Of a stretch of 64,000 nucleotides of DNA, positions 28,730-38,829 are shown piece by piece. The notes below the pieces were generated by a model that was given only the letters and a program-made list of their open reading frames with translations, made no database searches and was not told the origin of the DNA. The stretch covers positions 4,715 to 68,714 of the forward strand of contig CAYZGO010000015.1 of assembly GCA_964478075.1 (NCBI GenBank), given 5' to 3'. A program made the translations under genes and the position numbers. This DNA comes from an uncultured Anaerolineales bacterium (GTDB taxonomy: Bacteria; Chloroflexota; Anaerolineae; UBA2200). Positions within the stretch are counted from its first letter, which is position 1, and each line of letters opens with the position of its first letter.

Positions 28730-29254
28730 ATGGGCGTCTACGAATTCGAGGGGCGTAAGCCAAAACTGGGACAGGGAACCTACGTACATCGTTCTGCTGA
28801 TGTTATCGGTGCTGTAACCATAGGCGACAACTGTTGGATTGGGCCAGGAGCCCGCCTTCGTGGCGACTATGGCGTCATCGTCATAGGAGACGCCACAAGC
28901 ATTGAAGACAATTGTGTCATACACGCCCGTCCCGATGGGATGACGCGCATTGGGAAGCACGTGACCATTGGGCACGGGAGCGTGATTCACAACGCGACTA
29001 TCGACGATTACGCTGTGATAGGCATGGGTTCCGTTGTCAGCGATTGGGCTACGGTCGGAGAATGGGCCGTGGTTGGCGAGGGAGCCGTAGTCAGACAGCG
29101 GCAGCAGATTCCCGCTGGCAGCATTGCCGTTGGTGTGCCGGCCAAGCTATTGACCAAGGAGGTCAGCGAGGGCTATAAAGCAGAATGGTCGGATTTCAAG
29201 AATATCTATACAGACCTGGCGCGGAGGTATCCAAAGGGTCTGAAGGAGACTTAG
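28730..29254 (+). CDS. Gamma-class carbonic anhydrase family protein
   Basis: LRGD, IEDNCVIH, TIGHG..IH left-handed beta-helix motifs. Confidence 0.9.
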   Translation: MGVYEFEGRKPKLGQGTYVHRSADVIGAVTIGDNCWIGPGARLRGDYGVIVIGDATSIEDNCVIHARPDGMTRIGKHVTIGHGSVIHNATIDDYAVIGMGSVVSDWATVGEWAVVGEGAVVRQRQQIPAGSIAVGVPAKLLTKEVSEGYKAEWSDFKNIYTDLARRYPKGLKET

Positions 29255-29257
29255 GTT

Positions 29258-30283
29258 ATGCACGAAGCAAAAGTCTATGAGAAACTGGATGAGGGCAAGG
29301 TGAGATGCCACTTGTGTGCGCATCGCTGTACGATCGCCGATGGCAAGCGAGGGATCTGCCAGGTACGAGAGAACAGGGGAGGTGTGCTTTACACTCTTAT
29401 CTATGGCCTCTCCATTTCCCAGGCTATTGACCCGGTGGAGAAAAAGCCCCTCTTTCACTTTTTTCCAGGATCCACGGCGTTCTCCTTTGCGACAGTGGGC
29501 TGCAACTTTCGCTGTTCGTTTTGCCAGAACTGGCAGATCTCTCAGATGGTTCACGATGAAGGCCGCATCGTGGGGCACGAAACCTCGCCAGGCCATCTTG
29601 CTTCCGCTGCACGCCACTACGGCTGCAAGAGTATTGCCTACACGTACACAGAGCCCACGATTTTCTTCGAGTACGCCTACGACACGGCTGTAATAGCGGA
29701 TAAGTGGAATATCAAGAGCATCTATGTGACCAATGGCTATATGACAGAGGAGATGCTGGACGCATTTGGGCCGTATTTGCATGCTGCAAATGTAGACTTG
29801 AAAGCTTTCAACAATGAGTTTTACCGCAAGACCTGTGGTGCGCGGCTGCAGCCAGTCCTTGACGCCATCAAGGCTATGAAAAAGAGAGGCATCTGGGTGG
29901 AGATTACCACACTGGTGGTGCCTGGTCTGAACGATTCGGAGGAAGAGCTCTGCGATTTGGCCGAATTCATTGCACAAGAGGTTGGCGTGGACACGCCCTG
30001 GCACGTCAGCCGCTTTCATCCAGACTACAAGATGCGAGATGCGCACGCTACGCCGCTCTCTACACTACACCGCGCTCGAGACATTGGCCTCCAAGCAGGA
30101 CTGCGCTACATCTACGAGGGCAATGTGCCTGGCGCCGAGGGAGAGAACACCTACTGCTACAATTGCCACAACCTGTTAGTTCGGCGCTATGGCTTTGGCG
30201 TCCTGGAGAACCTCATTCTCGCAGAATCGAAATGCCCGTACTGTGAGGCCATCATCGACGGAGTAGGTATGGCTGGCAAGTAG
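29258..30283 (+). CDS. amrS: AmmeMemoRadiSam system radical SAM enzyme
   Basis: C.LC.H.C...G..G.C.VR, DPVEKKPLFHF.PG, GCNFRC.FCQNWQISQ, YTYTEPTIF, PWHVSRFHP. Confidence 0.9.
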   Translation: MHEAKVYEKLDEGKVRCHLCAHRCTIADGKRGICQVRENRGGVLYTLIYGLSISQAIDPVEKKPLFHFFPGSTAFSFATVGCNFRCSFCQNWQISQMVHDEGRIVGHETSPGHLASAARHYGCKSIAYTYTEPTIFFEYAYDTAVIADKWNIKSIYVTNGYMTEEMLDAFGPYLHAANVDLKAFNNEFYRKTCGARLQPVLDAIKAMKKRGIWVEITTLVVPGLNDSEEELCDLAEFIAQEVGVDTPWHVSRFHPDYKMRDAHATPLSTLHRARDIGLQAGLRYIYEGNVPGAEGENTYCYNCHNLLVRRYGFGVLENLILAESKCPYCEAIIDGVGMAGK

Positions 30284-30438
30284 GGCGCAGCCCACAGGGC
30301 ACGTGGGCGTGCTATCATGTCATCCTGAGCAGGCACTTCGCTATGCTGACACTCACACGGACAAGGGGCTAAGAGATGGACCGGCGTGCCGTACAATCAC
30401 GATGCTCGTCGTCTGGCGCCTTTACTAGCGACGCGGAT

Positions 30439-31317
30439 ATGAGTCCTCGCTATCTATATCCGCTTAGACTCGTGCCGTCCATTGCAGTGTCCGTTCTCCT
30501 GGGAAGAAAGCGTGCCTTCAGCGTGGATGCGGTGGAATTGATCAGTGCTCTCGTGTCCGAACCCCGGGTGGAGAATGCACACCTGATTCCACGGGAGGAG
30601 CCTTTCATAGTTGCTACCAACCATTACTACAGGGCAGGCTACCAGGTGTGGTGGGGAATCGCCCTCATCGCGGCGGCCATTGCCCAGGCCCGACATTCTT
30701 CCAGCGAGATCGTCTGGCTCATGACCAACCGCTGGACCAGCCGCTTGCTCACACCACTGACGTATTTGCTCTTCACCAGGCTCGCTCGTACTTACGGTTT
30801 TGTATCCACGCCCCCGATGCCCCCTCAGCCTCATTATACGAAGGAAGCAGCACGTGCCGTGCGCCAGGTACTGTCTTTGCTTGATTCTTCCACTAAGGAA
30901 GACAAACCTATTATAGGCATCGCTCCAGAAGGTCGTGACAGCCCCGACGGCAGCCTGATCGAACCGTCCCCTGGCACAGGGCGATTTCTGATCCACATGG
31001 CCAGGCGCGGGCTTTGTGTACTGCCAGTAGGAGTAGCGGAGATTAGGGGGGTACTAACTGCCAGCTTTGGGCCGCCCTTTGTTCTTGGGGCCTGGCCCGA
31101 GTCGAACAAGAAAGAACAAGATCGCCGGGCCAGCGCGCAGGTAATGGCTGCCATAGGTGCGCAATTGCCAGCAGCGTTGTGGGGTGCTTTCAGAACGCAA
31201 ATTGAGCGCGTAGCGGTACTCGAGTCTTCAGGAGCAAAGCCTCAACCGAACGACAATTCTACTGTAGCCCTGTCGCTCAGTGAGAAGCCCAGTCGCCAGA
31301 TGCCGGGAGAAACCTGA
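30439..31317 (+). CDS. Divergent PlsC-like acyltransferase
   Basis: PFIVATNHY and IGIAPEGRD motifs; likely ATG 30439. Confidence 0.6.
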   Translation: MSPRYLYPLRLVPSIAVSVLLGRKRAFSVDAVELISALVSEPRVENAHLIPREEPFIVATNHYYRAGYQVWWGIALIAAAIAQARHSSSEIVWLMTNRWTSRLLTPLTYLLFTRLARTYGFVSTPPMPPQPHYTKEAARAVRQVLSLLDSSTKEDKPIIGIAPEGRDSPDGSLIEPSPGTGRFLIHMARRGLCVLPVGVAEIRGVLTASFGPPFVLGAWPESNKKEQDRRASAQVMAAIGAQLPAALWGAFRTQIERVAVLESSGAKPQPNDNSTVALSLSEKPSRQMPGET

Positions 31318-33554
31318 CGTGGCCTCTGAGACCGGCCATTGACCAGGGCCTTAACCACGTGATACTCTGGTCCCTGCGGGACGGTGAACAGTAACTGGCC
31401 AAACTGCTTCCCTGGCTTCTCCATCTCCACCAGGAGACTGCCTGTTGACAAACGCACATCCTTGACTTCCACGGCTCCCTGAACCACGTGGAAAGTCGAA
31501 CTCAACAACTGTGGCCGGTCAGACACAGGTTTCACCAATAGCAGCACAGTCTCGTGCGGGCGATGGGGGTTGATAACTATTTCGTCGCGCAGCACACCCA
31601 GGTAGCGGCGTCTCCAGTAGTTGTAGACGTGGTAGGCTCCCGATGGCAGACCAAGGCGGGACAGCCTCAATCGGGTAACGCACGAATGTGCGTCCCAATT
31701 CAGCAGAGCAACTATCATCCACGACCCCCAGGAAGTCTCCACTGGAAGCACTAACAGCCGAGGGCGTTCGTGCTCAAAGAGGTCAAGTGGGATGGCAGTG
31801 TGGCTATAAGGCGGCAATACCCGCCGCAAGTACTCCAGCCTCCCGCGCCGCATAGACGGCAGGTTATCACTGTCTATGACCAGACCGCCTGTGAGCCCCA
31901 CGATAGTGGTCAACGTGCGCATTTCGTTCAAGACCAGATTGGAGTCATCGCCCCGCCGTCTCAGCACCAGGCAGTCCGGATCATTCAGCCAAAGCTTGCG
32001 GTGGGTGAAACTGCGGGTAATAGAGTTTAGAATAGCGTTCGCAGCTGAGGGCGCTGACAAATCCTGCCAAAAGGGAGGCCAATCCACGTGCACATCGGGC
32101 CCGATGCGCAGGGCGTCAACGATGCCTACGGATGGCCCTAACGGGGCACCGCAGCCCAGCAGGAACCTGTTGCCAATCGCAGTACGGATGATTTCCAGCC
32201 CCCGCCGCACAGCCTGTGCTCTGGTCATCCGTGGGTCGCTGCGCACTCCAGACAATGCAGCAGCAAACACAAAGTCCGTCTTGAAGAACTCGAAGCCCCA
32301 ATCCTCACCAAACGTGCGGAGTATATCCTGCAGCCAGGCCTGCACTGCGGGTAACGACAGGTCTAGTGCGTAGATATCTGTTCCCCAGTGTTGCCAGGCC
32401 AGGACAGCCTCGCCTTTGTCATCGCGCAGCACCCAATCCGGATGGTCAGCATAGAGCTTTGAGGAAGAACTCGCAGCAAAAGGAGCGATCCAGATTCCTG
32501 GGCGATAGCCTGCTGCAGCGATTTGATGGGCTACGGGTTTCATGCCCTGAGGGTACTTGGTGCTATCAACATCCAACCAGTCGCCGATGTTAGTCTCGTA
32601 ACCATCATCGATCAAGACAACGTCAAGGGGGAGTTGTTCCTCCTCGAGCCGTGCCAGATTTGCCAGGACATCGTCGGCGATCTCCTCGCCGAAGAAACAG
32701 TACCAGGTGCACCAGCCAGTGGGTGTTTGTGTGGCCACCCGTGCGCGCATCGTCTCGCCTAGACGAGTAGCGTACAAGTCCATTAAGGCAATTGGGTTGT
32801 CACCGGCTGTGAACAGAAGCGTCTCAGAAGACAGCCTTTCAGCAGGAGGCAGAGGAAAACCGTCCGCATAAGAAACTGCGCGGAGGTTTTGGAAGGTATC
32901 GCGCACTTCGAGGCGTATCTCCGCAAGCTGGTCCGCCGCCGAAATGAATCCCAGGAGCAGTGCAGGCGAAGCAGGACGTACAGCACTATCGTTCTCAGCA
33001 GAGACAATCACTGAAAACCACTCGCTGCTCAGGAGCTTTCGAGTCTGGGGCAGAGCATGAGGCTGGTGCTTGGTGCGATAGTCCTCAGTGTTAGGATTCA
33101 CCCATACGCCATCGGCTATGCGCCGGGCAAATGCCGGTGTCCACGACTGCCAGCCGTTCTGGTAGAAACGCCAGTTCTCTGGCGGCGATGTAAAGCACAA
33201 CGAGCCGCCGTGCTGGGCAGCAACATCAAGCACGCACAATTCGTCGATGTGCACGGCGCGAGGTCCTATGTTCTTGACCTCGAGGCAAAGATGCATCTCC
33301 TCACCAAGGGATAACTGCCATGTCAGCTCAACCTCATCGTCAGCAACGCTCAGACTGACGCTGTCACGAGCCAAGCCGTAAGATACTTGGTGGCCAGCCA
33401 GCTCAAGCCTTTTCCTTTGCCCGCTTACGCCTGTGTATACGACTCCCGCTGTAGCCCGGTCCAGCAGTACCTTTGCGTGGCGCACGAAACTGACCAGCCC
33501 AACGGCGGGCTGCAAGACGAGTTGATCACGAACGTAAACTTTCTGTCCGGACAT
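31242..33554 (-). CDS. Glycoside hydrolase family 36 (alpha-galactosidase-like)
   Basis: GWCTWY, IDDGY, GIWIAPF, FKTDF nucleophile, RIGPD acid/base, W.NDPDC. Confidence 0.88.
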   Translation of the reverse strand: MSGQKVYVRDQLVLQPAVGLVSFVRHAKVLLDRATAGVVYTGVSGQRKRLELAGHQVSYGLARDSVSLSVADDEVELTWQLSLGEEMHLCLEVKNIGPRAVHIDELCVLDVAAQHGGSLCFTSPPENWRFYQNGWQSWTPAFARRIADGVWVNPNTEDYRTKHQPHALPQTRKLLSSEWFSVIVSAENDSAVRPASPALLLGFISAADQLAEIRLEVRDTFQNLRAVSYADGFPLPPAERLSSETLLFTAGDNPIALMDLYATRLGETMRARVATQTPTGWCTWYCFFGEEIADDVLANLARLEEEQLPLDVVLIDDGYETNIGDWLDVDSTKYPQGMKPVAHQIAAAGYRPGIWIAPFAASSSSKLYADHPDWVLRDDKGEAVLAWQHWGTDIYALDLSLPAVQAWLQDILRTFGEDWGFEFFKTDFVFAAALSGVRSDPRMTRAQAVRRGLEIIRTAIGNRFLLGCGAPLGPSVGIVDALRIGPDVHVDWPPFWQDLSAPSAANAILNSITRSFTHRKLWLNDPDCLVLRRRGDDSNLVLNEMRTLTTIVGLTGGLVIDSDNLPSMRRGRLEYLRRVLPPYSHTAIPLDLFEHERPRLLVLPVETSWGSWMIVALLNWDAHSCVTRLRLSRLGLPSGAYHVYNYWRRRYLGVLRDEIVINPHRPHETVLLLVKPVSDRPQLLSSTFHVVQGAVEVKDVRLSTGSLLVEMEKPGKQFGQLLFTVPQGPEYHVVKALVNGRSQRPRQVSPGIWRLGFSLSDRATVELSFG

Positions 33555-33690
33555 CCTTGACCCCCACCCCAGCGCAGTTGTGGGCACGAAGAAGGGCCAG
33601 GTGACTGGCCCCTCTCGAACAGCATCCGTGCTCTGTTATCCGCCATAGTTATGACTGGTGCGCTGCCAACACAGCACAGGCGAGCAACGA

Positions 33691-34677
33691 CTATTTCACT
33701 CTGTGACATGCAACCCAGTGTTCTTTGCCCACATTCCTGAACTCAGGTTCTATGACATCACACTCCCCCGCAACCATGACACCGCAACGAGTGTGGAAGT
33801 GACACCCTTTGGGTGGATTGGCCGGGCTGGGCACATCTCCCGTGAGAATAATGCGTCTGCGCTTCGCTTCCACAACGGGGTCAGGAATAGGTACGGCTGA
33901 GAGGAGAGCCTGTGTGTAGGGATGAAGCGGGTTCTCGTACAATTCCTCACGCGTGGTCAACTCCACAATCTTGCCCAGATACATGACAGCCACACGGTCA
34001 CTGATGTGCTTAACCACAGAGAGGTCATGCGCGATAAAGAGGTAGGTCAGGCCAAACTTGTCCTGCAGCTCTTCCAGCAGGTTGACAACCTGAGCCTGGA
34101 TGGACACATCGAGGGCTGAGACGGGCTCGTCGCACACAATAAAGTCAGGCTGCACTGCCAGGGCCCTTGCCACACCAATGCGCTGACGCTGCCCGCCGGA
34201 GAATTCGTGGGGATAGCGGTTAACGAAGTAGCGGTTTAGGCCGACAACTTCCAGCAAATCCATAACACGGTCTCTCAAATCCTTGCCCTTCAGGATGTTG
34301 TGCACCTCAAGGGGCTCGCCGACAATGTGGCCCACGGTCATGCGTGGGTTCAAGGAGGCGTACGGGTCCTGAAAGATCATCTGCATCTTGCGACGCATAC
34401 GGCGCAGTGGTTCGCCCTTGAGCTTGCAGAGATTTTGACCTTCAAAGTACACGTCACCAGCGGTAGGACGGTAGAGTTGCAGAATCGAGCGGCCGGTTGT
34501 GGTCTTACCGCAGCCGCTCTCTCCCACAAGGCCCAGGGTCTCACCACGCCGAATGAAGAAGTTCAGGCCATCAACTGCCTTGATGTCTCCGATGTGGCGC
34601 TGGAATACAATTCCCTGAGCAATAGGAAACCACATCTTGAGGTTTTTGACTTCGAGTAGAATCTCATTCTCAGGCAT
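33691..34677 (-). CDS. oppF: Oligopeptide ABC transporter ATPase
   Basis: [36 protein letters not shown]. Confidence 0.92.
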   Translation of the reverse strand: MPENEILLEVKNLKMWFPIAQGIVFQRHIGDIKAVDGLNFFIRRGETLGLVGESGCGKTTTGRSILQLYRPTAGDVYFEGQNLCKLKGEPLRRMRRKMQMIFQDPYASLNPRMTVGHIVGEPLEVHNILKGKDLRDRVMDLLEVVGLNRYFVNRYPHEFSGGQRQRIGVARALAVQPDFIVCDEPVSALDVSIQAQVVNLLEELQDKFGLTYLFIAHDLSVVKHISDRVAVMYLGKIVELTTREELYENPLHPYTQALLSAVPIPDPVVEAKRRRIILTGDVPSPANPPKGCHFHTRCGVMVAGECDVIEPEFRNVGKEHWVACHRVK

Positions 34678-34678
34678 T

Positions 34679-35662
34679 TTATCTCTTTCCTCCAGTCACA
34701 TCTACCCAGCAAGCAGCAGTATGCCGCCGAGCGACGGTTTCCAACTTCGGGTTCTCTACAAGGCAGCGTTCGATGGCATAATCACAGCGAGGTGCGAATG
34801 GACATCCCGGCGGCATGTCAATCAGATCCGGCGGTAGGCCCTCGATGGGCGTCAGTTTCTCTCTGCGCTCGGCATCCAGCCGTGGTAACGAGCGGAGAAG
34901 CCCAAGTGTGTATGGATGCCGTGGGTCAGCATAGAGCTCCTTGACGTCCGCCGACTCAACGATGTAGCCAGCATACATCACGTTGACCCGCTCAGCCAAG
35001 CCAGCGATGACACCCATGTCGTGGGTGATCCAGATCACCGCCGTACCCATCTCTTCCTTTAGTCGCGTCACCAAGTCTATGATCTGTGCCTGAATGGTCA
35101 CATCCAGGGCGGTTGTTGGCTCGTCAGCGATCAGCAACTGTGGGTTGCAGGACATCGCCATGGCAATCATGACCCTCTGACGCATGCCGCCAGAGAATTG
35201 GTGAGGATAGTCATCAATGCGATCCGCAGCCTCTGGAATGCCCAGTAAGTCCAGGAGTTCGATGCTACGCTTGCGTGCCTGCTTCTTATCCATGTCTAGG
35301 TGGAGTTCCAATGCCTCACTGACTTGCCGGTTAATAGTGAGGACAGGGTTTAGAGAAGTCATAGGATCTTGAAAGATCATGGCAATCTTGTTGCCGCGCA
35401 CAGACCGAATCTCTTCCTGATCCATAGTCAGCAGGTCACGCCCCTGGAACCAGGCTTCTCCAGCTACGATTCGTCCCGGGGGTACAGGGATCAGGCGCAT
35501 CACGGACAAAACGCTCACCGACTTTCCACAACCGCTCTCGCCCACAACGCCCAAGGTTTCGCCCTCGTTCAAATCATAAGAGATGCCACCCACGGCAGTG
35601 ACCACACCATCCTGTGTGAAGAACTGCGTTTTCAGTCCCTTCACCTCCAGCAACTTGGCCAT
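34679..35662 (-). CDS. oppD: Oligopeptide ABC transporter ATPase
   Basis: [35 protein letters not shown]. Confidence 0.92.
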   Translation of the reverse strand: MAKLLEVKGLKTQFFTQDGVVTAVGGISYDLNEGETLGVVGESGCGKSVSVLSVMRLIPVPPGRIVAGEAWFQGRDLLTMDQEEIRSVRGNKIAMIFQDPMTSLNPVLTINRQVSEALELHLDMDKKQARKRSIELLDLLGIPEAADRIDDYPHQFSGGMRQRVMIAMAMSCNPQLLIADEPTTALDVTIQAQIIDLVTRLKEEMGTAVIWITHDMGVIAGLAERVNVMYAGYIVESADVKELYADPRHPYTLGLLRSLPRLDAERREKLTPIEGLPPDLIDMPPGCPFAPRCDYAIERCLVENPKLETVARRHTAACWVDVTGGKR

Positions 35663-35780
35663 AAGACGTTTCCTCCCTTCAAATCAGTGATGTGGCTGCT
35701 ACTACTCTGAGAACAGCCAGCCTGCTATGCAATGTGACTTGACTCCCTGCCTGCCCTGTCTTGCCTGTCCCGGCTGTGCC

Positions 35781-35835
35781 GACACCTTGTCCTGGCGACA
35801 AGACAGGGCAGACGGGGTCGCCAGGACAAGGTGTC
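35781..35835. repeat. Perfect 19-bp inverted repeat
   Basis: GACACCTTGTCCTGGCGAC-17 nt-GTCGCCAGGACAAGGTGTC. Confidence 0.85.
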
Positions 35836-35853
35836 GCCTTAGGCGCGACAGGT

Positions 35854-35940
35854 CAGAAACCCGTTTTCTGACGCCCAGGCTAAATCTGCCGGCAGTGCGG
35901 AGCCAGTTTGCTGTTCAGATTGGAGAGAAAACGGGTTTCT
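35854..35940. repeat. ~87-bp element with inverted ends, copy 2
   Basis: CAGAAACCCGTTTTCTGAC...AGAAAACGGGTTTCT; matches ends of 20844-20929. Confidence 0.65.
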
Positions 35941-35951
35941 CTCAATGGTTG

Positions 35952-37577
35952 CTACTGTTCAATATGAACGTTGCTCAGCCATGGGTAAATGGATGCAGCG
36001 TGAACTGCACCCTTGACGTATGGTTTGGTAAGCACATAGTCCACATCGTGCCACAATAGTACCCAGGGGGCATCGGCAACGATAATCTCCTCTGCCTGCT
36101 CGTACAACTGCATACGGCGCGCTGTATCCGTTTCGACCCGCGCCTCCTCCAACAACTCATCCACTTGAGGATTAGCATACCGCACGTGGTTTAGCCCACT
36201 CTGGCTGTGAAAGAGAATATCCAAGAAATCCTCGGGATCAGGATAATCGGCAATCCACCCCATTGAGAAGAACTGGGGCCGTCCCGCCAGAACATCCGCT
36301 GATTGCACTACGGCGATTTCGACGCAGAGGTTCTCACGGTACATGGCCACAATAGCCTCAATAGTGGGAGGAAGCTGACCACCACTCCCTCCGATAGTCA
36401 GCGTTATGGCAGGCAAACGACTCACATCACCGTATTCGGATTCCGAGATCAGGCGCTGTGCGCGCTGTGGATCATACTTCACCAAGGGCTCTTCTCTGTC
36501 GTAGCCTGCCATGCCCGGTGGCACGACGCCTTGCGCAGGCAGTTTCATGCCTTTCCATACTACGTCGGCTATTTTCTGTCTATCGATGGCCAGGGCAAAG
36601 GCCTGTCGAACCTTCACGTCATCAAAGGGCGGCTGTGTCACATCAAAGCCCAGGTACTGTATGTCCCATTGAGACGTCATGGACAATTCAGCGTGCAGCG
36701 GGTTGGCCGGATCTCGCACTCGCTCAATATCCGCCGCACCCACTATGACAATGTCGAGCTCCCCGTTCTCGTACATACTCATCGGTGAGCCACCGGAGAG
36801 AAAGAAGATCACCTGCTCCAGCGCAGGCGCATCACGATAATAGTGCTCGTTGCGCTGCAGCACGATCCGCTGCTGGCTCCGCTCTCCTAGTTTGAACGGC
36901 CCTGTGCCGTTTGGCTGATCGAGCCAGTCGTGCTGCTCGACGTTTTCCTGATCCACAACGAATGCGGTGGAATAGGTCAGCTTGGCCAGAAAGTACGCCT
37001 TGGGCGCATCAATGGTGATACGCAGTGTGTGCTCGTCCAGCACCTGGACACCACTGATCTCATCCGCCTGCCCACTGAGCATTTCCTTCGCACCGACAAT
37101 GTCTCCCAGGTAAACGCCAGCCACCTTAGAACCCGTGCGCGGATCGCAGGCCCGTTCCAGCGAGTACTTGAAATCGGTTGCCGTGACGGGGCGTCCGTTG
37201 TGAAAACGAGCGCCTTCGCGCAGGAAGAAAGTGTACGCCTTGCCATCCGGGCTGACTTCCCAACGCTCTGCCAAATCCCGCACAACCTCGAGCTCCTCAT
37301 TGAGCGTCACAAGCCCGCTAAAGATCTCAACCACGTACTCTGCAGAGACCGAATCCTCAACTAGCGCAGGGTCTAGTGTGCGGGGTTCTGCGCTGAACAG
37401 GCGCAGGGTGCCGCTATCTCCAGGGCGCACACTGGTCCGCGAAGGTCCCAAGCCAGAGCCAGGTCGCCACAGAAACCATCCCGCAGCCGCACAGGTAAGG
37501 CACAAGACTGCCAAAAGGCAAACCAGGAGAAGCGCAATCACAAGAACAGGCCATCGAATTCCGGACATCCCTAACAC
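35952..37577 (-). CDS. Family 5 ABC substrate-binding protein (N-terminal TM anchor)
   Basis: TLDPAL, FSGLV, DLAERW..S.DG..Y.F.LR, GTGPFKL, W.ADYPDP. Confidence 0.9.
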   Translation of the reverse strand: MLGMSGIRWPVLVIALLLVCLLAVLCLTCAAAGWFLWRPGSGLGPSRTSVRPGDSGTLRLFSAEPRTLDPALVEDSVSAEYVVEIFSGLVTLNEELEVVRDLAERWEVSPDGKAYTFFLREGARFHNGRPVTATDFKYSLERACDPRTGSKVAGVYLGDIVGAKEMLSGQADEISGVQVLDEHTLRITIDAPKAYFLAKLTYSTAFVVDQENVEQHDWLDQPNGTGPFKLGERSQQRIVLQRNEHYYRDAPALEQVIFFLSGGSPMSMYENGELDIVIVGAADIERVRDPANPLHAELSMTSQWDIQYLGFDVTQPPFDDVKVRQAFALAIDRQKIADVVWKGMKLPAQGVVPPGMAGYDREEPLVKYDPQRAQRLISESEYGDVSRLPAITLTIGGSGGQLPPTIEAIVAMYRENLCVEIAVVQSADVLAGRPQFFSMGWIADYPDPEDFLDILFHSQSGLNHVRYANPQVDELLEEARVETDTARRMQLYEQAEEIIVADAPWVLLWHDVDYVLTKPYVKGAVHAASIYPWLSNVHIEQ

Positions 37578-37607
37578 TCAAGAGAACAAAATAGTTGGGC
37601 AGACGGC

Positions 37608-37760
37608 GGGTGCACCCAAAATCCTGGACAACAGTAACGTAGTATAGGCCCTCGTGGCCGTCGTTTCTGTGCACCGACTGTAGAGACGTAGCATGCTACG
37701 TCTCTACAACCCCCGTTCGTCCCGCGCACAACAGGGCCGCCCGAATTTTGGGATACCCCC
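37608..37760. mobile_element. Candidate MITE with imperfect terminal IRs enclosing a perfect 28-bp REP palindrome
   Basis: GGGTGCACCCAAAATCCTGG vs reverse complement GGGGTATCCCAAAATTCGGG (14/20); GTAGAGACGTAGCATGCTACGTCTCTAC at 37680-37707. Confidence 0.5.
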
Positions 37761-37764
37761 ACCG

Positions 37765-38820
37765 CTAGCTCGTGCCTTTCATCTTGGGATCGAGCGCATC
37801 GCGCAGGCCATCCCCCAGAAAGTTGAAAGCGAACATGGTCAGCGAAAGGGCTATCGCTGGGAACAGCACCATGTGCGGGTATGAACGAATGGCCTGCGCT
37901 CCTTCAGAGATCATGGTGCCCCAGCTCGGGGTTGGAGGGTCCACACCCAAACCGATGAAGCTGAGAAAGACCTCTGTGTTGATGTAACCCGGGATGGCCA
38001 GCGTTTGCGCCACGATGCATGGCCCCATGATGTTAGGCACGATATGGCGGATAATGATGCGCATATCTCCCGCGCCAATCATGTGCGCAGCTTCGACGAA
38101 TTCCTTCTCCTTCAGGGACAGAATCTGACCCCGTGTCAGCCGGGCCATACCCATCCAGGCGGTGATGCCAATCCCCATGAAGATAAAGAGCATCCCCCCG
38201 CCCCGGAGGCCCAACAACTTGTCCACGAAGTCGTTCACCCGGTTGAAGGTGTAGGCCATGGTCCCAGGACTCACGTCAGCAAAGGTGGATTTGAAGAAAG
38301 CCATCATGAGGATGATAAGCAGCATGGTAGGGAAGGCGTACATGATGTCTACGATGCGCATCATGATGTTGTCTACGCGGCCGCCGTAATAGCCCGAGAT
38401 GCAGCCATAGACCAGGCCAATAGCGAGCGCGGTGAAGGCGCCCATAAAACCCACTGGCAGGGACACGCGCGTGCCGTAAATAAGGCGGCTCAAGACGTCT
38501 CGCCCCAGGTAGTCCGAACCAAACAGGAATTTGTCACCCGTCTTGGCATAGGCCTTGATGTTGCCTGGCAATAACCCAATCAGCCAGTTGGGTACAGTGT
38601 AGGCCTCGTTCGAGTCGCCCTCTGCATAATGGTATGGCGCGACTTGGGGCGCTAGAATGGCTGCCATGACCAACAGCAGCACAAGCGCCCCGCCCAAAAG
38701 CGAGGCCCGGTTGCGGATCAGCCGCCGCCACGCGTCCAGCCAAAGGTTCGCCGGTTTCCCCATACGCTCGCTCAAGCGTAGTGCCGCTTGCTCTCGTGCC
38801 GTTAGCTCTTGTGTTGTCAT
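37765..38820 (-). CDS. oppC: Oligopeptide ABC permease
   Basis: FGSDYLGRD..SR..YG, EFVEAA..IGA...RII.RHI.PN. Confidence 0.92.
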   Translation of the reverse strand: MTTQELTAREQAALRLSERMGKPANLWLDAWRRLIRNRASLLGGALVLLLVMAAILAPQVAPYHYAEGDSNEAYTVPNWLIGLLPGNIKAYAKTGDKFLFGSDYLGRDVLSRLIYGTRVSLPVGFMGAFTALAIGLVYGCISGYYGGRVDNIMMRIVDIMYAFPTMLLIILMMAFFKSTFADVSPGTMAYTFNRVNDFVDKLLGLRGGGMLFIFMGIGITAWMGMARLTRGQILSLKEKEFVEAAHMIGAGDMRIIIRHIVPNIMGPCIVAQTLAIPGYINTEVFLSFIGLGVDPPTPSWGTMISEGAQAIRSYPHMVLFPAIALSLTMFAFNFLGDGLRDALDPKMKGTS

Positions 38821-38829
38821 ACTTTCTCC

